This document shows positions 27,077 to 36,315 of a stretch of DNA of 64,000 bases, in pieces (the stretch's first letter is position 1; each line of letters begins with the position of its first letter). Location of the stretch: positions 6,073 to 70,072 of the forward strand of contig DASTMO010000020.1 in assembly GCA_035714115.1 (NCBI GenBank). The letters are read 5' to 3'. The notes under the pieces are model-generated. The model ran no database searches. It was not told where the DNA came from and saw nothing but the letters and a program-made list of their open reading frames with translations. Source of the DNA: Alphaproteobacteria bacterium (GTDB taxonomy: Bacteria > Pseudomonadota > Alphaproteobacteria > SMXQ01). The translations under genes were made by a program, and so were the position numbers.

Positions 27077-27334
27077 ATGGCTTATTCCGCGCTTCGCTTT
27101 GCTGTCCCGGCGATCCTATTGCTCGGCCTCGCTGCTTGCGGCAGCACTCAAGAAGATCGCGTGAGCGGCGGCGCTGCCACCGGCGCCGGTACCGGCGCGG
27201 CGGTCGGTGCGCTGTTCGGCGGCGTCGGCGCGATTCCCGGCGCGCTCATCGGCGGCGCCATCGGCGGCGGCACCGGCTATGCGACTACGGAAGAGCAGGT
27301 CGATCTCGGCGAGCCGGTGTGGAAGCGCTGGTAA
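27077..27334 (+). CDS. glycine-zipper lipoprotein (17-kDa surface antigen-like)
   Basis: 85 aa with lipobox LGLAAC and Gly-zipper repeats (GAGTGAAVGALFGGVGAIPGALIGGAIGGGTG). RBS AGGAG. Start chosen inside the longer ORF. Confidence 0.8.
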   Translation: MAYSALRFAVPAILLLGLAACGSTQEDRVSGGAATGAGTGAAVGALFGGVGAIPGALIGGAIGGGTGYATTEEQVDLGEPVWKRW

Positions 27335-27356
27335 AAGCCTGAGGCTGGAATCGAAA

Positions 27357-27383
27357 AGGCCGCGCTCTCAAGCGCGGCCTTTT
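27357..27383. terminator. bidirectional terminator between the Gly-zipper gene and tRNA-Ser
   Basis: GGCCGCGC tctcaa GCGCGGCC TTTTT, with an A-run on the other side. Confidence 0.8.
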
Positions 27384-27421
27384 TCGTTAGGCGCCGGATC
27401 GAGATGCGGCGCGAAGCGGCG

Positions 27422-27514
27422 TGGCGGAACGAGAGGGATTCGAACCCTCGATACGACTTTTGATCGTATAACGGTTTAGCAAACCGCCGCCTTCAGCCAC
27501 TCGGCCATCGCTCC
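27422..27514 (-). tRNA. tRNA-Ser (anticodon GCU)
   Basis: Minus strand reads GGAGCGATGGCCGAGTGG...GGTTTGCTAAACC...GAGGGTTCGAATCCCTCTCGTTCCGCCA. It has a long variable arm, a T-arm GGTTCGAATCC, an encoded CCA, and anticodon loop TTGCTAA. Confidence 0.9.
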
Positions 27515-27695
27515 GCACGCGAAAGACCCCGCAGGGTCTGGCTGTCCGCCGGGCGGCCGAAAAAGCCAGCCGTTCCCAGGGGTTCGCCGTTGTAAAGGCA
27601 GCGTCCTGCCCTGTCAATCGACGGGGCGAGGCGGGCTGAAATTGGCTGAAAACCGCCATTCCAGCCCCCCGGCCGTCAGCGCCGACGCCGGCGCT

Positions 27696-29513
27696 TCAGC
27701 GCAGCGCGGTGCGCACCTCGACAAAGGCCGGCTGGCCGCCCCGCACCACGGCGGCCGCTTCGGCGAAGACCTTGGCCAGTTCGGCCGGATCGTCGATCGG
27801 GCCGCGCGACCACAGGCCGAAGTTCTTGGCCGTGCCGGCGATGTCGACGCCCGGATCGGCCATGCGCAGGCCGATATGGGCATTGGCCACGGGCCGCTCG
27901 CGCATATGGGCGACCTCGCGCTGATGCACTTCGTCGTTGCCCCAGGTCTGGTTGTTGGCGACGACGAGCAGAAGCGGAATTTCGTAATGGGCGGCGGTCC
28001 ATAGGCCGCCGATGCCCATCAGGTAATCGCCGTCGCCGACGATGGCGACCGGCAGTTTGCCCGTGCCCTTGAGCGCCAAGGCCGCGCCGACCGCCGCGCC
28101 GACGCCGTAGCCCACGCCGCCGCCGCCGTCGCCGCCGAGATAGCGCCCGGCTTCATGGATGGGCCAATAGGCGTCGCACCAGCTGCGATGGTTGCGCACC
28201 ACCAGCGACCAGTCGTCGTTCTTCACCGCCTCGTAAAGCTCGTGCGTCATGCGTTCGAGCAGGATCGGCTTGGCCATGGTCCATTTGGCCTGCGCCTTGT
28301 CGCGCTTGGCCTTGTCCATGGCGTCATGCTTGGCGGCGAGATCCTTCACGCGCGCAGCGACGCGCGCGGGCCGCCCTGCATCGGCCTTGGCGGCGAGCTC
28401 TTCGACTCGGGCCAACAGAAGTTTCAGCGTGGTCAGCGGATCGGCATGGATCTGCACGTCGATCTCCGGCAGCGGGCCGGCGAAATAGGTCCAGGAAGTG
28501 CCGAAGTAATCGTTCATCGAGATGTCGACCAGCATGGCGTCTTCCGACACGGTGGCGGCCTTGCCGACAGCGCTGCGGTCGCTGCTCGTCTTCATGAAGG
28601 AGACGCGATCCTGGCAGTCGAAGGCGACGATGACGTCGGCCTGGCCGCGCAGCTTCTTGTCGCCGTTCAGATTCTGCGGATGGGTGTTGGCGAGGCAGAC
28701 GATATTGCGGTCGTCCTGATAGGCCGCGCCGGTGATCTCGACCAGGCGCTTGAGCGGCGCGGTCACGGCTTTGTCTAGGCCGAAGCGGCCGCCGACGATC
28801 ATCGGCAGCTTGGCGCCGATCAACGCTTGCGCGACCTTCTCCAGCGCTTCGGCATTGGGATAGGCCGGCGGCGGTGCGACCTCGCGCGCCGGGCGCGCCT
28901 TCGGCACGGCGATGCTGGCCGCTTCGTCTTCCTGCAGGCCGGCGTCGATCGAGAGATAGACCGGGCCGCGCGGCGCGGTGACGGCCTTGCGCTGCGCGAC
29001 ATTGAGCGAATCGAACACGGCGGGCAGGGTGGCCGGCTCGTCGGTCCATTTCACGTAGGAGCGCACCAGTTCGCTCTGCGTGCCGGCGCTATGCGCCCAG
29101 TCGATCAGGCGGCGCTTGGCCGGGTCCGCCGGACCGGAGCCGCCGAGCAGCAGGATCGGCGTCTGGTCGCAATAGGCGTTGAAAACGCCCATGGAGCCGC
29201 TCATCAGGCCGACGAGATTGTGCAGGATGCAGCAGCTCAGCTCGTTGGTCGCTTTGGCATAGCCGTGGGCCATGGCGACGGCGACCATTTCGTGCGGCGC
29301 CAGCACGATCTGCGGATCGACGTTCTTGGTGTGGTTCACCAGCGAATCGTGCAGGCCGCGAAAGCTCGAGCCGGGCATGACGAAGATATGCTTGAAGCCC
29401 ATGTCGCGCAGCATGACGGCCATATGGTCGGAGCCATATTGGGCGACCGGGGCGGCAGGCAGCTCGTTCGGCGTGTCGTCGCTGCGGTTGTGCGGCTCTT
29501 GGGCTTTCGACAT
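27696..29513 (-). CDS. thiamine diphosphate-dependent enzyme (acetolactate synthase-like family), specificity unknown
   Basis: 605 aa with ThDP N-terminal pyrimidine-binding and C-terminal GDGDYLMG...NN motifs. Confidence 0.8.
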   Translation of the reverse strand: MSKAQEPHNRSDDTPNELPAAPVAQYGSDHMAVMLRDMGFKHIFVMPGSSFRGLHDSLVNHTKNVDPQIVLAPHEMVAVAMAHGYAKATNELSCCILHNLVGLMSGSMGVFNAYCDQTPILLLGGSGPADPAKRRLIDWAHSAGTQSELVRSYVKWTDEPATLPAVFDSLNVAQRKAVTAPRGPVYLSIDAGLQEDEAASIAVPKARPAREVAPPPAYPNAEALEKVAQALIGAKLPMIVGGRFGLDKAVTAPLKRLVEITGAAYQDDRNIVCLANTHPQNLNGDKKLRGQADVIVAFDCQDRVSFMKTSSDRSAVGKAATVSEDAMLVDISMNDYFGTSWTYFAGPLPEIDVQIHADPLTTLKLLLARVEELAAKADAGRPARVAARVKDLAAKHDAMDKAKRDKAQAKWTMAKPILLERMTHELYEAVKNDDWSLVVRNHRSWCDAYWPIHEAGRYLGGDGGGGVGYGVGAAVGAALALKGTGKLPVAIVGDGDYLMGIGGLWTAAHYEIPLLLVVANNQTWGNDEVHQREVAHMRERPVANAHIGLRMADPGVDIAGTAKNFGLWSRGPIDDPAELAKVFAEAAAVVRGGQPAFVEVRTALR

Positions 29514-29635
29514 CTGGTGACCATGCTCATGCGGTGAAAAACATGGCCGTTAAATTCGAGTCCGAGGGCCGCGAAGTCCAGGTGTTTCTCCCGCCATTGT
29601 TGAAGCTGCTTCAACTCTGCGCATCTGGATATGCG

Positions 29636-29670
29636 CAAATGAAAACGGCGGCGGATCGCTCCGCCGCCGT
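29636..29670 (-). terminator. intrinsic terminator of phoX
   Basis: On the minus strand, ACGGCGGCGGA gcga TCCGCCGCCGT is followed by TTTTCATTT. Confidence 0.7.
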
Positions 29671-29696
29671 CTCGGTCTCAAGTCTCTTAGAGGCGC

Positions 29697-31643
29697 TTAG
29701 GCCTTGGCCAGCTTGATGCTGGTCTGGATGGCGGTCAGGTAGCCGACGGCGGCGCCGTAGCGGTCTTTGTAGTTGGCGCGCACGATCGGATCGAGCGTCG
29801 CCTGCACCTTGGCGTGCAGCGTCTTGCTCCAGTCGCCGGCATGCTGGAAGTTCGACATGATGTAGGTCCAGCCGTTGATCTCGTCGACCGCGTGCAGGCC
29901 GGTCGATTCGCCGCCAGCCGGGATCGACATGATGCGCGAGAGCTCCTTCGTGTCGACGTTGTAGGCCCACAGGAAGTTGTTCACGTGATAGCCGCTGTCC
30001 TCGCCGATGAAGAGGGTGCGCAGCTTCTCGGAGAACTTCAGGTTGTCCGGGTTGCCGACCTTGTTCGGATTGGCGAGATTGCCGAGCGCATCGGCGGCGA
30101 TGTCCTCGCCGATCATCATCATCTTGGAGCGCACCGGCACCCACTCGCTGTTGATGGCCTTGCCGTCGATGTCCTTCTCGCCGCCAGCCAGCTTGTGCTC
30201 CATGATGCCGCCGGCATCGAGCTTCTTGTCGAGGGCGATGTTGCTCTCGGCGTTCCAGCCCTTGCCGCCCTTGACCATCGAATCGACGATGTTCTGCAGG
30301 GCCGAGTAGGCCACCTTGTCCTTGGCGTTGACGGTCGTGCCTTCCATCTTGGTGAAGCCCATGCTGCCGCCCTTGAGGTAAGCGTAGCGATGGGTCTCGA
30401 GGAAGGCGGCGGCCTTCTCCATGCCCGGCTTGACTTTGATCCAGTTCGGCGCGCCGTTGTAGAAGATCTTGGTGAAGCTCGGATCGTTCGGATCCTCCTT
30501 CTTCGCCTCCATGATGTCCGACGGCCTCAGCGTGTTCGCCAGCTTCTCGATCTCGTCGCTGGTGGCGTGACCGAGATTGATCCAGGAGACGGTGACGCCG
30601 GCGGCGGCCGGATCGAGCGAGAGGCCCGGCGAGAACTGCGCGACATAGAGCGTGCCGGAGGACAGATCGCGCGGCTTGTCGGCGATGAACATGAACAGGC
30701 CGCTGTTGGTGGCGTCATCGCCCATCAGCAGCGTGCGCTCGTCGGGCATGACCTGCGCCAGCTCGTGCGAGATGCGGCCGAGGCCGTAGTGCTTCTTCAC
30801 CGTGCCGGTGCCGTCGGCATGGACGGTGATCTCCGGCAGATGGCCGTAATGGTACGGATTGGCCTTGGTCTCGTCGCCGAAGGTGTTCTTGCTGAAGGCC
30901 TTGAAGTACTTCGTGTTCTCCAAAAACTGCGCGTCGGGCTCGTATTCTTCCGACGACAGATGCGTGCCCCACGGGGTCAGGCTGGCGCCGCAGGTGATCC
31001 ACAGGCCGTGGGCCCTGGACATGTCGACGTTGTGATACTTCACCAGGCTGAGCTTGCCGGTCTTGGGATCCTGGTCGAGCGTGAGCACGGCGATCGGCGA
31101 GGGCAGGGCGCCGTAGGTGTCGGAGCCCTTCTGATCCATCGTCGAATATTCGAACTGTACGACGGCGAAAACGGTATTGCCCTTCACGCCCGGCACTTTC
31201 GCGTTCTTCACGGTCAGCAGCGAGCTGCCGTCCGGCGCGTCGGAGAAGAAGTGGCGCTCCTTGCCCGGCACCGACATATCCATGATCGGCTTGTTGTTGA
31301 TGTCGTAATAGCCGCCGGCGAGGATCTTGCCGCCCTTGCCGTTCGGCACCATGTCGCCGGTAATGAAGAAGGGCTGATAGGCCAGGTCGTACGCCTGCTC
31401 GGACTTGTCGGCGAGCGTGACGATCAGGCGCGAATTGACTGTGGTCACCGACATCGCCTGCGGATCGGTCAGGTTCGGCGCGGCCATCGAGGTGAAGCGC
31501 GCGGAAACGAAGGCGGCGGTGGCGGCCTTGGCGCTGGTGGTGCCGAGCAGGAAAGAGGCGGCGCTGCCGGTGGCGAGCGGGAGCATCGGCACGCCGGCGA
31601 GGAGCTTGAGGGCGTCGCGGCGAGAAGCGGTCTGTTGGGTCAT
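29697..31643 (-). CDS. phoX: PhoX-family (DUF839) alkaline phosphatase, Tat-secreted
   Basis: Twin-arginine signal (SRRDALKLLAG) and a beta-propeller-like body with the NPDNLKFSEKLRTLFIGEDSG motif. A Pho-box array lies upstream. Start at 31643 or 31658. Confidence 0.8.
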   Translation of the reverse strand: MTQQTASRRDALKLLAGVPMLPLATGSAASFLLGTTSAKAATAAFVSARFTSMAAPNLTDPQAMSVTTVNSRLIVTLADKSEQAYDLAYQPFFITGDMVPNGKGGKILAGGYYDINNKPIMDMSVPGKERHFFSDAPDGSSLLTVKNAKVPGVKGNTVFAVVQFEYSTMDQKGSDTYGALPSPIAVLTLDQDPKTGKLSLVKYHNVDMSRAHGLWITCGASLTPWGTHLSSEEYEPDAQFLENTKYFKAFSKNTFGDETKANPYHYGHLPEITVHADGTGTVKKHYGLGRISHELAQVMPDERTLLMGDDATNSGLFMFIADKPRDLSSGTLYVAQFSPGLSLDPAAAGVTVSWINLGHATSDEIEKLANTLRPSDIMEAKKEDPNDPSFTKIFYNGAPNWIKVKPGMEKAAAFLETHRYAYLKGGSMGFTKMEGTTVNAKDKVAYSALQNIVDSMVKGGKGWNAESNIALDKKLDAGGIMEHKLAGGEKDIDGKAINSEWVPVRSKMMMIGEDIAADALGNLANPNKVGNPDNLKFSEKLRTLFIGEDSGYHVNNFLWAYNVDTKELSRIMSIPAGGESTGLHAVDEINGWTYIMSNFQHAGDWSKTLHAKVQATLDPIVRANYKDRYGAAVGYLTAIQTSIKLAKA

Positions 31644-31750
31644 TGTCGGGCTTTCCATAGGGTGTTCTGGAGAGCGCCGAAGCCGAGAAGCGCGAGGCCG
31701 TGCGCAGAAACGGCGGGCTCCGGTCGCGGCCGGAACCCTAGATAACCCCG

Positions 31751-31790
31751 ACGACATGTCGGCGACAGGATTATGACAATCGGATGACCG
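31751..31790 (-). promoter_or_regulatory. Pho-box array (four 7-bp repeats at 11-bp phasing) upstream of phoX
   Basis: Minus strand reads cGGTCAT ccga TTGTCAT aatc CTGTCGC cgac ATGTCGT, against the PhoB consensus CTGTCAT-N4-CTGTCAT. Confidence 0.65.
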
Positions 31791-31838
31791 CTACAATCTG
31801 TTGTGGATGAATAAGCGCTCGCCGCGCTTCGCATTCCC

Positions 31839-31863
31839 GGAACATGCACTGCCAACCTCCGTT
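31839..31863 (+). promoter_or_regulatory. EcfG-type promoter (perfect GGAAC-N16-CGTT) upstream of the Mn catalase gene
   Basis: GGAAC atgcactgccaacctc CGTT, 51 nt from the ATG at 31914. Confidence 0.7.
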
Positions 31864-31913
31864 GTTGGACGCACCGCTTCTATGCGGATCACAGCCTTCA
31901 GAGGAGAGAGTTC

Positions 31914-32813
31914 ATGTTCATGCATAACAAGACGCTCATGCACACCGTGCGCGTGGCGCAACCTGATCCCCGGCTCGCCAGCATCATGCTGGAGCAGTTC
32001 GGCGGCCCGCAGGGCGAGTTGGCGGCGGCGATGCGTTACTTCACCCAAGCGCTGGCCGAGAGCGATCCGAACCGCAAGGACATGCTGTTCGATATCGCGA
32101 CGGAGGAGCTGTGTCATCTCGAGATCATTGGCAACATCATCGTGATGCTGACCAAAGGCACGAAAGGCAAAATGGCCGAGGGTACCGAGGCGGGCGAGCT
32201 GCTCAGCGACGTGTTCCACGGCGGCGAGAGCCATACGACATCGCTGCTTTACGGCGGACCCGGCCTGATCAACTCCGGCGGCGCGCCTTGGACCGCCGCC
32301 TATATCGACACGATCGGCGAGCCAACGGCGGATTTCCGCTCGAATATCGCCGCCGAATCGCGCGCTAAGATCATCTATGAGCGCTTGATCAACACGACCG
32401 ACGATCCCGACCTGAAGCAGTCGCTCGGCTTCCTGATGACGCGCGAGATCGCGCATCAGAAGTCGTTCGAGAAAGCCCTTTACAGCATCGAAGCCAATTT
32501 CCCGCCGGGCAAGCTGCCGGGCCTGCCGGAATATGCGAATAAATACTACAAGCTCTCGTCCGGCGAAGAAGGCGAGGGGCCATGGAACAGCGGCGAGAAA
32601 TGGGAGCGGGTCGACGATCCGGCGCAGGCGATGGCGGTGGATGGCGGCGACGGCACGGCCGATGTCGGCCTCGAGAGCGAGGACCAAGCTTTGTTCGATC
32701 AGATGACTGAACGCTTGGCCTCCGATCTGGAGTCGGATCCCATGACCGGCGCGGAGCTCGGTGCAGGCGAAGAGGAAGCCGACGCGAAGCCGCGCGGCAA
32801 GAAGTCCAAATAA
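31914..32813 (+). CDS. manganese catalase family protein
   Basis: 299 aa. LEQFGGPQGELAAAMRYFTQA and EELCHLEIIG are the dimanganese ligand motifs. Confidence 0.9.
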   Translation: MFMHNKTLMHTVRVAQPDPRLASIMLEQFGGPQGELAAAMRYFTQALAESDPNRKDMLFDIATEELCHLEIIGNIIVMLTKGTKGKMAEGTEAGELLSDVFHGGESHTTSLLYGGPGLINSGGAPWTAAYIDTIGEPTADFRSNIAAESRAKIIYERLINTTDDPDLKQSLGFLMTREIAHQKSFEKALYSIEANFPPGKLPGLPEYANKYYKLSSGEEGEGPWNSGEKWERVDDPAQAMAVDGGDGTADVGLESEDQALFDQMTERLASDLESDPMTGAELGAGEEEADAKPRGKKSK

Positions 32814-32829
32814 GTTGCAGATAAGAAAA

Positions 32830-32858
32830 GGGGCGGCGCCTGCGGCGTCGCCCTTTTT
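32830..32858. terminator. bidirectional terminator between the Mn catalase gene and ecfG paralogue 2
   Basis: GGGCGGCGCC tgc GGCGTCGCCC (one mismatch), flanked by an A-run and TTTTTCTATTTT. Confidence 0.7.
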
Positions 32859-33440
32859 CTATTTTCCGATGTGGTAGTCCGCCGGTGGCGCAATGCCGTC
32901 AGGCCTTTGCTGACGGGGGCGCCGCCGCAGTTTGACATGGGGCAATCGGTCTCCTTCGCATTTCCCTTTCAGGTGAAGGGCGATCGAGGCGCGGGCGCGG
33001 GACAGGCGCGAACGGATCGTGCCGATCGGCACGTTGGTGATGCGGGCCGCTTCCTCGTAACTCATGTCTTCGAGCGTGATGAGCACGAGTGTGGTGTATT
33101 GCTCCGGCGGGAGCTGGGCCATCGCCTCTTGCAGTTCGGCGATCTCGATCGCGTGTTCCTGGTTGCTCGGCGTGTAATGGCCGCTGAGATAGGTTTGAGC
33201 GGTGTCCGAGTTTTCCCGACTGCGCTTAGCGCGGCGCATCGAATCGATGAAGAGGTTGTGCATGATCTTCAGCAACCAACCGCGCAGATTGGTGCCGGTC
33301 TCGAATTGATGCTGGTAGACGATGGCGCGCTCGAGGCAATTCTGGGCGAGATCGTCGGCATCGGCCCTGTTCTTGGTCAGGGCGCGGGCCATACGGCGCA
33401 GATAAGGCAATTGCTCGATGAGTTCGGGGCCGTGGAACAT
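32859..33440 (-). CDS. ecfG: ECF sigma factor, EcfG (RpoE2)-like, paralogue 2
   Basis: 193 aa. EQLPYLRRMARALTKNRADADDLAQ, GTNLRGWLLKIMHNLF and YEEAARITNVPIGTIRSRLSRAR align with the 25679-26326 product over most of its length. Confidence 0.8.
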   Translation of the reverse strand: MFHGPELIEQLPYLRRMARALTKNRADADDLAQNCLERAIVYQHQFETGTNLRGWLLKIMHNLFIDSMRRAKRSRENSDTAQTYLSGHYTPSNQEHAIEIAELQEAMAQLPPEQYTTLVLITLEDMSYEEAARITNVPIGTIRSRLSRARASIALHLKGKCEGDRLPHVKLRRRPRQQRPDGIAPPADYHIGK

Positions 33441-33453
33441 GGTTGTTCTCCCA

Positions 33454-33481
33454 CGCTTCTGATTGCCCCGGATCAGAAGCG
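33454..33481 (-). promoter_or_regulatory. perfect 10-bp stem-loop immediately upstream of the RBS of ecfG paralogue 2
   Basis: CGCTTCTGAT tgccccgg ATCAGAAGCG. The minus-strand RNA would read ...AUCAGAAGCGUGGGAGAACAACCAUG. Confidence 0.35.
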
Positions 33482-33604
33482 TAGGCCTTCAAGTAGGATT
33501 CGCCACTAGCTTAAGTTAACAATGCGCGAATCCTACCCGATATAGTTCCACAAGCTTTCGCTGTGCTGTTTGTCAGGCTTTTGACATAACGAAGCGCAGC
33601 ACGG

Positions 33605-34795
33605 TCATTCCGCTGCCATTGCAGAGACTTGGCGGCGCGGCGGATATGCCAGCACGTCTGACGTGACTTCGTCGATGCTGCGGCAACCGACATAGGCCAT
33701 CACTTTCTCGAACTCTTTCTGCATGATCGAGATGGCTTTCTCGCCGCCGGCCTGGCCGCCGGCGCCGATGCCGTAGAGCGTCGGCCGGCCGGCCATCACG
33801 GCGTCGGCGCCGAGCGCGAGCGCTTTGACGATGTCGCCGCCGCGGCGGATGCCACTATCGAGGAAGATCAGCGCGCGCTTGTTCACGACCGCGGCGATCT
33901 GCGGCAGCATGTCGATGGTCGGCGCGGCCGAATCGAGGGCGCGGCCGCCGTGATTGGAAACGACGATGCCGTCAGCGCCGGCCTGGATGGCGGCTTCGGC
34001 GTCTTCGGGGCGCAGGATGCCCTTGACCACCAGCGGGCCGTTCCAGAATTCGCGCAGCTTGCTGATGTCGGCCCAGGTCATCGAACGGTGGCGCATCGGA
34101 TTGCCGCTCGTCTTGGTGGTGATGCGGTGGCGGTAGCGCTCGGGATAATTCTCGTGGGTCGGCATGCCGTTGCCGAGGACGTAACGGCCGAGCACGCCGG
34201 CGAACCAGCGCGGGTGGGTCAGCATGTCGTAGGCCGAGCGCGGCGACAAAGTGAAGGGCACCGAGAAGCCGTTGCGCTTGTTGTATTCGCGGTTGTTGCC
34301 GAGCGCCCCGTCGATGGTCACCACCAGCGTCTGGCAGCCGGCGTCACGCGCGCGCCGCACCAGCGTGTAGGAATCCTCCTCCTCGCTCCACATGTAGAGC
34401 TGGAACCAGATGTTGGTTTCGGGGCAGGCGCGCATCACCGTCTCGATGGCGGTGATCGAGTTGGTGCCGAGCGTGAAGGGGATGCCCTTCGCGCCGCAGG
34501 CCTTGGCCAGCACGACCTCGCCTTGGTACCACAGCAGGCCGGTGGTGCCGGTCGGCGAGACGGCGTAGGGGAAGCTCCAGCGCTTGCCGAAGATCGTCGT
34601 GCCGAGATCCATCTTGCGCAGATCGACCATGAAATGGGTCTTCAGCTTGATGCGCTTGAAGGCTTCGAGATTGTCGACGACGGCGACCTCGTCTTCGGCG
34701 CCGCGATCGACATATTCGAACACGCCTTTCGGCAAGAAGCTTTTCGCCCGCAGACGCAGGTCGTGGATGTTGTAGCAGCGCGCGAGGCTCGGCAT
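33605..34795 (-). CDS. FMN-dependent alpha-hydroxy-acid dehydrogenase/oxidase (LldD-like)
   Basis: 396 aa with SNHGGRALD and GIRRGGDIVKALALGA motifs. Confidence 0.88.
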   Translation of the reverse strand: MPSLARCYNIHDLRLRAKSFLPKGVFEYVDRGAEDEVAVVDNLEAFKRIKLKTHFMVDLRKMDLGTTIFGKRWSFPYAVSPTGTTGLLWYQGEVVLAKACGAKGIPFTLGTNSITAIETVMRACPETNIWFQLYMWSEEEDSYTLVRRARDAGCQTLVVTIDGALGNNREYNKRNGFSVPFTLSPRSAYDMLTHPRWFAGVLGRYVLGNGMPTHENYPERYRHRITTKTSGNPMRHRSMTWADISKLREFWNGPLVVKGILRPEDAEAAIQAGADGIVVSNHGGRALDSAAPTIDMLPQIAAVVNKRALIFLDSGIRRGGDIVKALALGADAVMAGRPTLYGIGAGGQAGGEKAISIMQKEFEKVMAYVGCRSIDEVTSDVLAYPPRRQVSAMAAE

Positions 34796-34913
34796 GGCTT
34801 TTCCCCTGATTCGATGCGGCGTCTGTGCGCCGTCTCACGCATCAAGGCTAATCCCTCGGCGGGCGCTGTGCCAGCGCGGAAATCGCAACAATGGCGAGGA
34901 TTGGCGCGCCGTT

Positions 34914-36191
34914 TTATGGGGCGGGCGGGGATTGGCGGCGGCCTTCGGCGACGCGGAAAAGGACGGTCGCGCCGCCGAGCAGCACGAGGCAGCCGAGCAG
35001 GCCGCCCTGAAAGCCGAGGCCGAGATGGTCGCTGAGCAAGCCCGTCACCGACGGGCCGATCACCAGCGCCAGATCCTGCGAGGTGCGCAGCATCCCCATG
35101 GCCGGGCCGCGCTGGCCTTCGGGGGTGATGTCGGTGACGAAGGCGACCAGCGTCGGCGTGGCGATGGCGCCGCCGACGCCGAAGACCATAGAACTGATCC
35201 AGAGATAGATCGGATCGTTGCCGAAGGCGACCATGGCGCAGGCGATCAAGGTCATCAGGCTGGCGATGATGACGGTCCACATTCGCCCGAAGGTACGGTT
35301 GATGCGGGCGGTGAAGCCGAGCACGCAGACGTTGGCGACCGCGCCGACGGTGAGGATCAAGCCGATATGCGCGAGGTCGAGATTGAAGCGGTCTTGGGCG
35401 ATCAGCGGCATCAGGATCCAGTTCGCTGCCGAGCGCACGTAGAAGATGCTGAAGTACATCAGCCAGACGTTCGCGCCGGCCTTGGCCAGCGCCATCAGCT
35501 GGCTTTTAGGCGCGCGCAGCTTTGGCGCGTTTTCGGCCAGGCCTTCCTTCCACGGCATCGAGGCGAAGGCGACGATGCCGCAGACCGCCATCAGGCCGTT
35601 GGCCCAGAAGGGCGCGTCATAGCCCCATAGGCTGGCGGCCAAACCGCCGAGCGCCGGACCCATGGATGCGCCGACCATGTTGGCAACCTGATAGAGCGAC
35701 ATGTCTTCGATGCGCCGCCCCGGCGTGCCGAGATCGGCGACCGCCGCCAAGGCGGATGTCATGAAGACCGACGAGGCCAGACCTTGCAGGATGACGGCGA
35801 TGAAGAAGGACACGAGATCGTCGGTGAAGACGACCCAGAGCGAGGACAGCACGAGCACGGCGCAGCCGGTACTCATCATGCGGCGGCGGCCATATTTCTC
35901 GGAGGCGAAGCCCGCAGGGATGTTGATGATGAGCCGGGTGCCGCCGTAAAGCGAGATCATGAAGCCGACGACGGCGGCGCTGGCGCCGAGATGCTGACCG
36001 TTGAGCGCCAGCACCGACCAGACCATGCCGTTGCCGGCTTGCTTGAAGAAGACGAGCAGGAGCAGCACCAAGAGCGGCTTGGCGGGCAGGTTGGGAAAAA
36101 AGCGGCGCAGAGCGAGCAAGATGCGGGTTCGGCTGCGAAAAAATAAGCAAAACATATCGGTCAATGGGGCAGCCGCTCGATGCCGTTTCAC
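34914..36191 (-). CDS. MFS transporter
   Basis: About 12 TM segments with the MFS loop motif EKYGRRR. Start uncertain (36191 or 36155). Confidence 0.8.
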   Translation of the reverse strand: MKRHRAAAPLTDMFCLFFRSRTRILLALRRFFPNLPAKPLLVLLLLVFFKQAGNGMVWSVLALNGQHLGASAAVVGFMISLYGGTRLIINIPAGFASEKYGRRRMMSTGCAVLVLSSLWVVFTDDLVSFFIAVILQGLASSVFMTSALAAVADLGTPGRRIEDMSLYQVANMVGASMGPALGGLAASLWGYDAPFWANGLMAVCGIVAFASMPWKEGLAENAPKLRAPKSQLMALAKAGANVWLMYFSIFYVRSAANWILMPLIAQDRFNLDLAHIGLILTVGAVANVCVLGFTARINRTFGRMWTVIIASLMTLIACAMVAFGNDPIYLWISSMVFGVGGAIATPTLVAFVTDITPEGQRGPAMGMLRTSQDLALVIGPSVTGLLSDHLGLGFQGGLLGCLVLLGGATVLFRVAEGRRQSPPAP

Positions 36192-36315
36192 GACACGAGA
36201 CGAGGCGGCGGCATTGGCCTTTGATCGTCATGAGTGTAGAACCATCCTGCCCTGGGGGATACCACGACCGCGCGACTGAACGCCGCGGCGCCCATGTGGC
36301 GCTGGGAGTTACGTC

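Noticed and set aside
27335-27700. tRNA-Ser as the attachment site of a genomic island
   Set aside because: There is no integrase, no direct repeat of the tRNA 3' end and no compositional shift on either side. The flanking genes are ordinary chromosomal genes.
29814-31745. 643-aa plus-strand ORF (similarly 4934-6853, 27642-29537, 53019-54224, 60678-61901 and 62514-63701)
   Set aside because: All of these are antisense shadows of well-supported genes (phoX, the EAL protein, the ThDP enzyme, Kef, the TctC-like genes and the aldolase). None has a recognisable domain.
33525-33549. EcfG promoter for ecfG paralogue 2
   Set aside because: A GGAAC is present on the minus strand, but the -10 position reads CGCG (N16) or GCGC (N17) instead of CGTT. 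It is not reported as a promoter feature.
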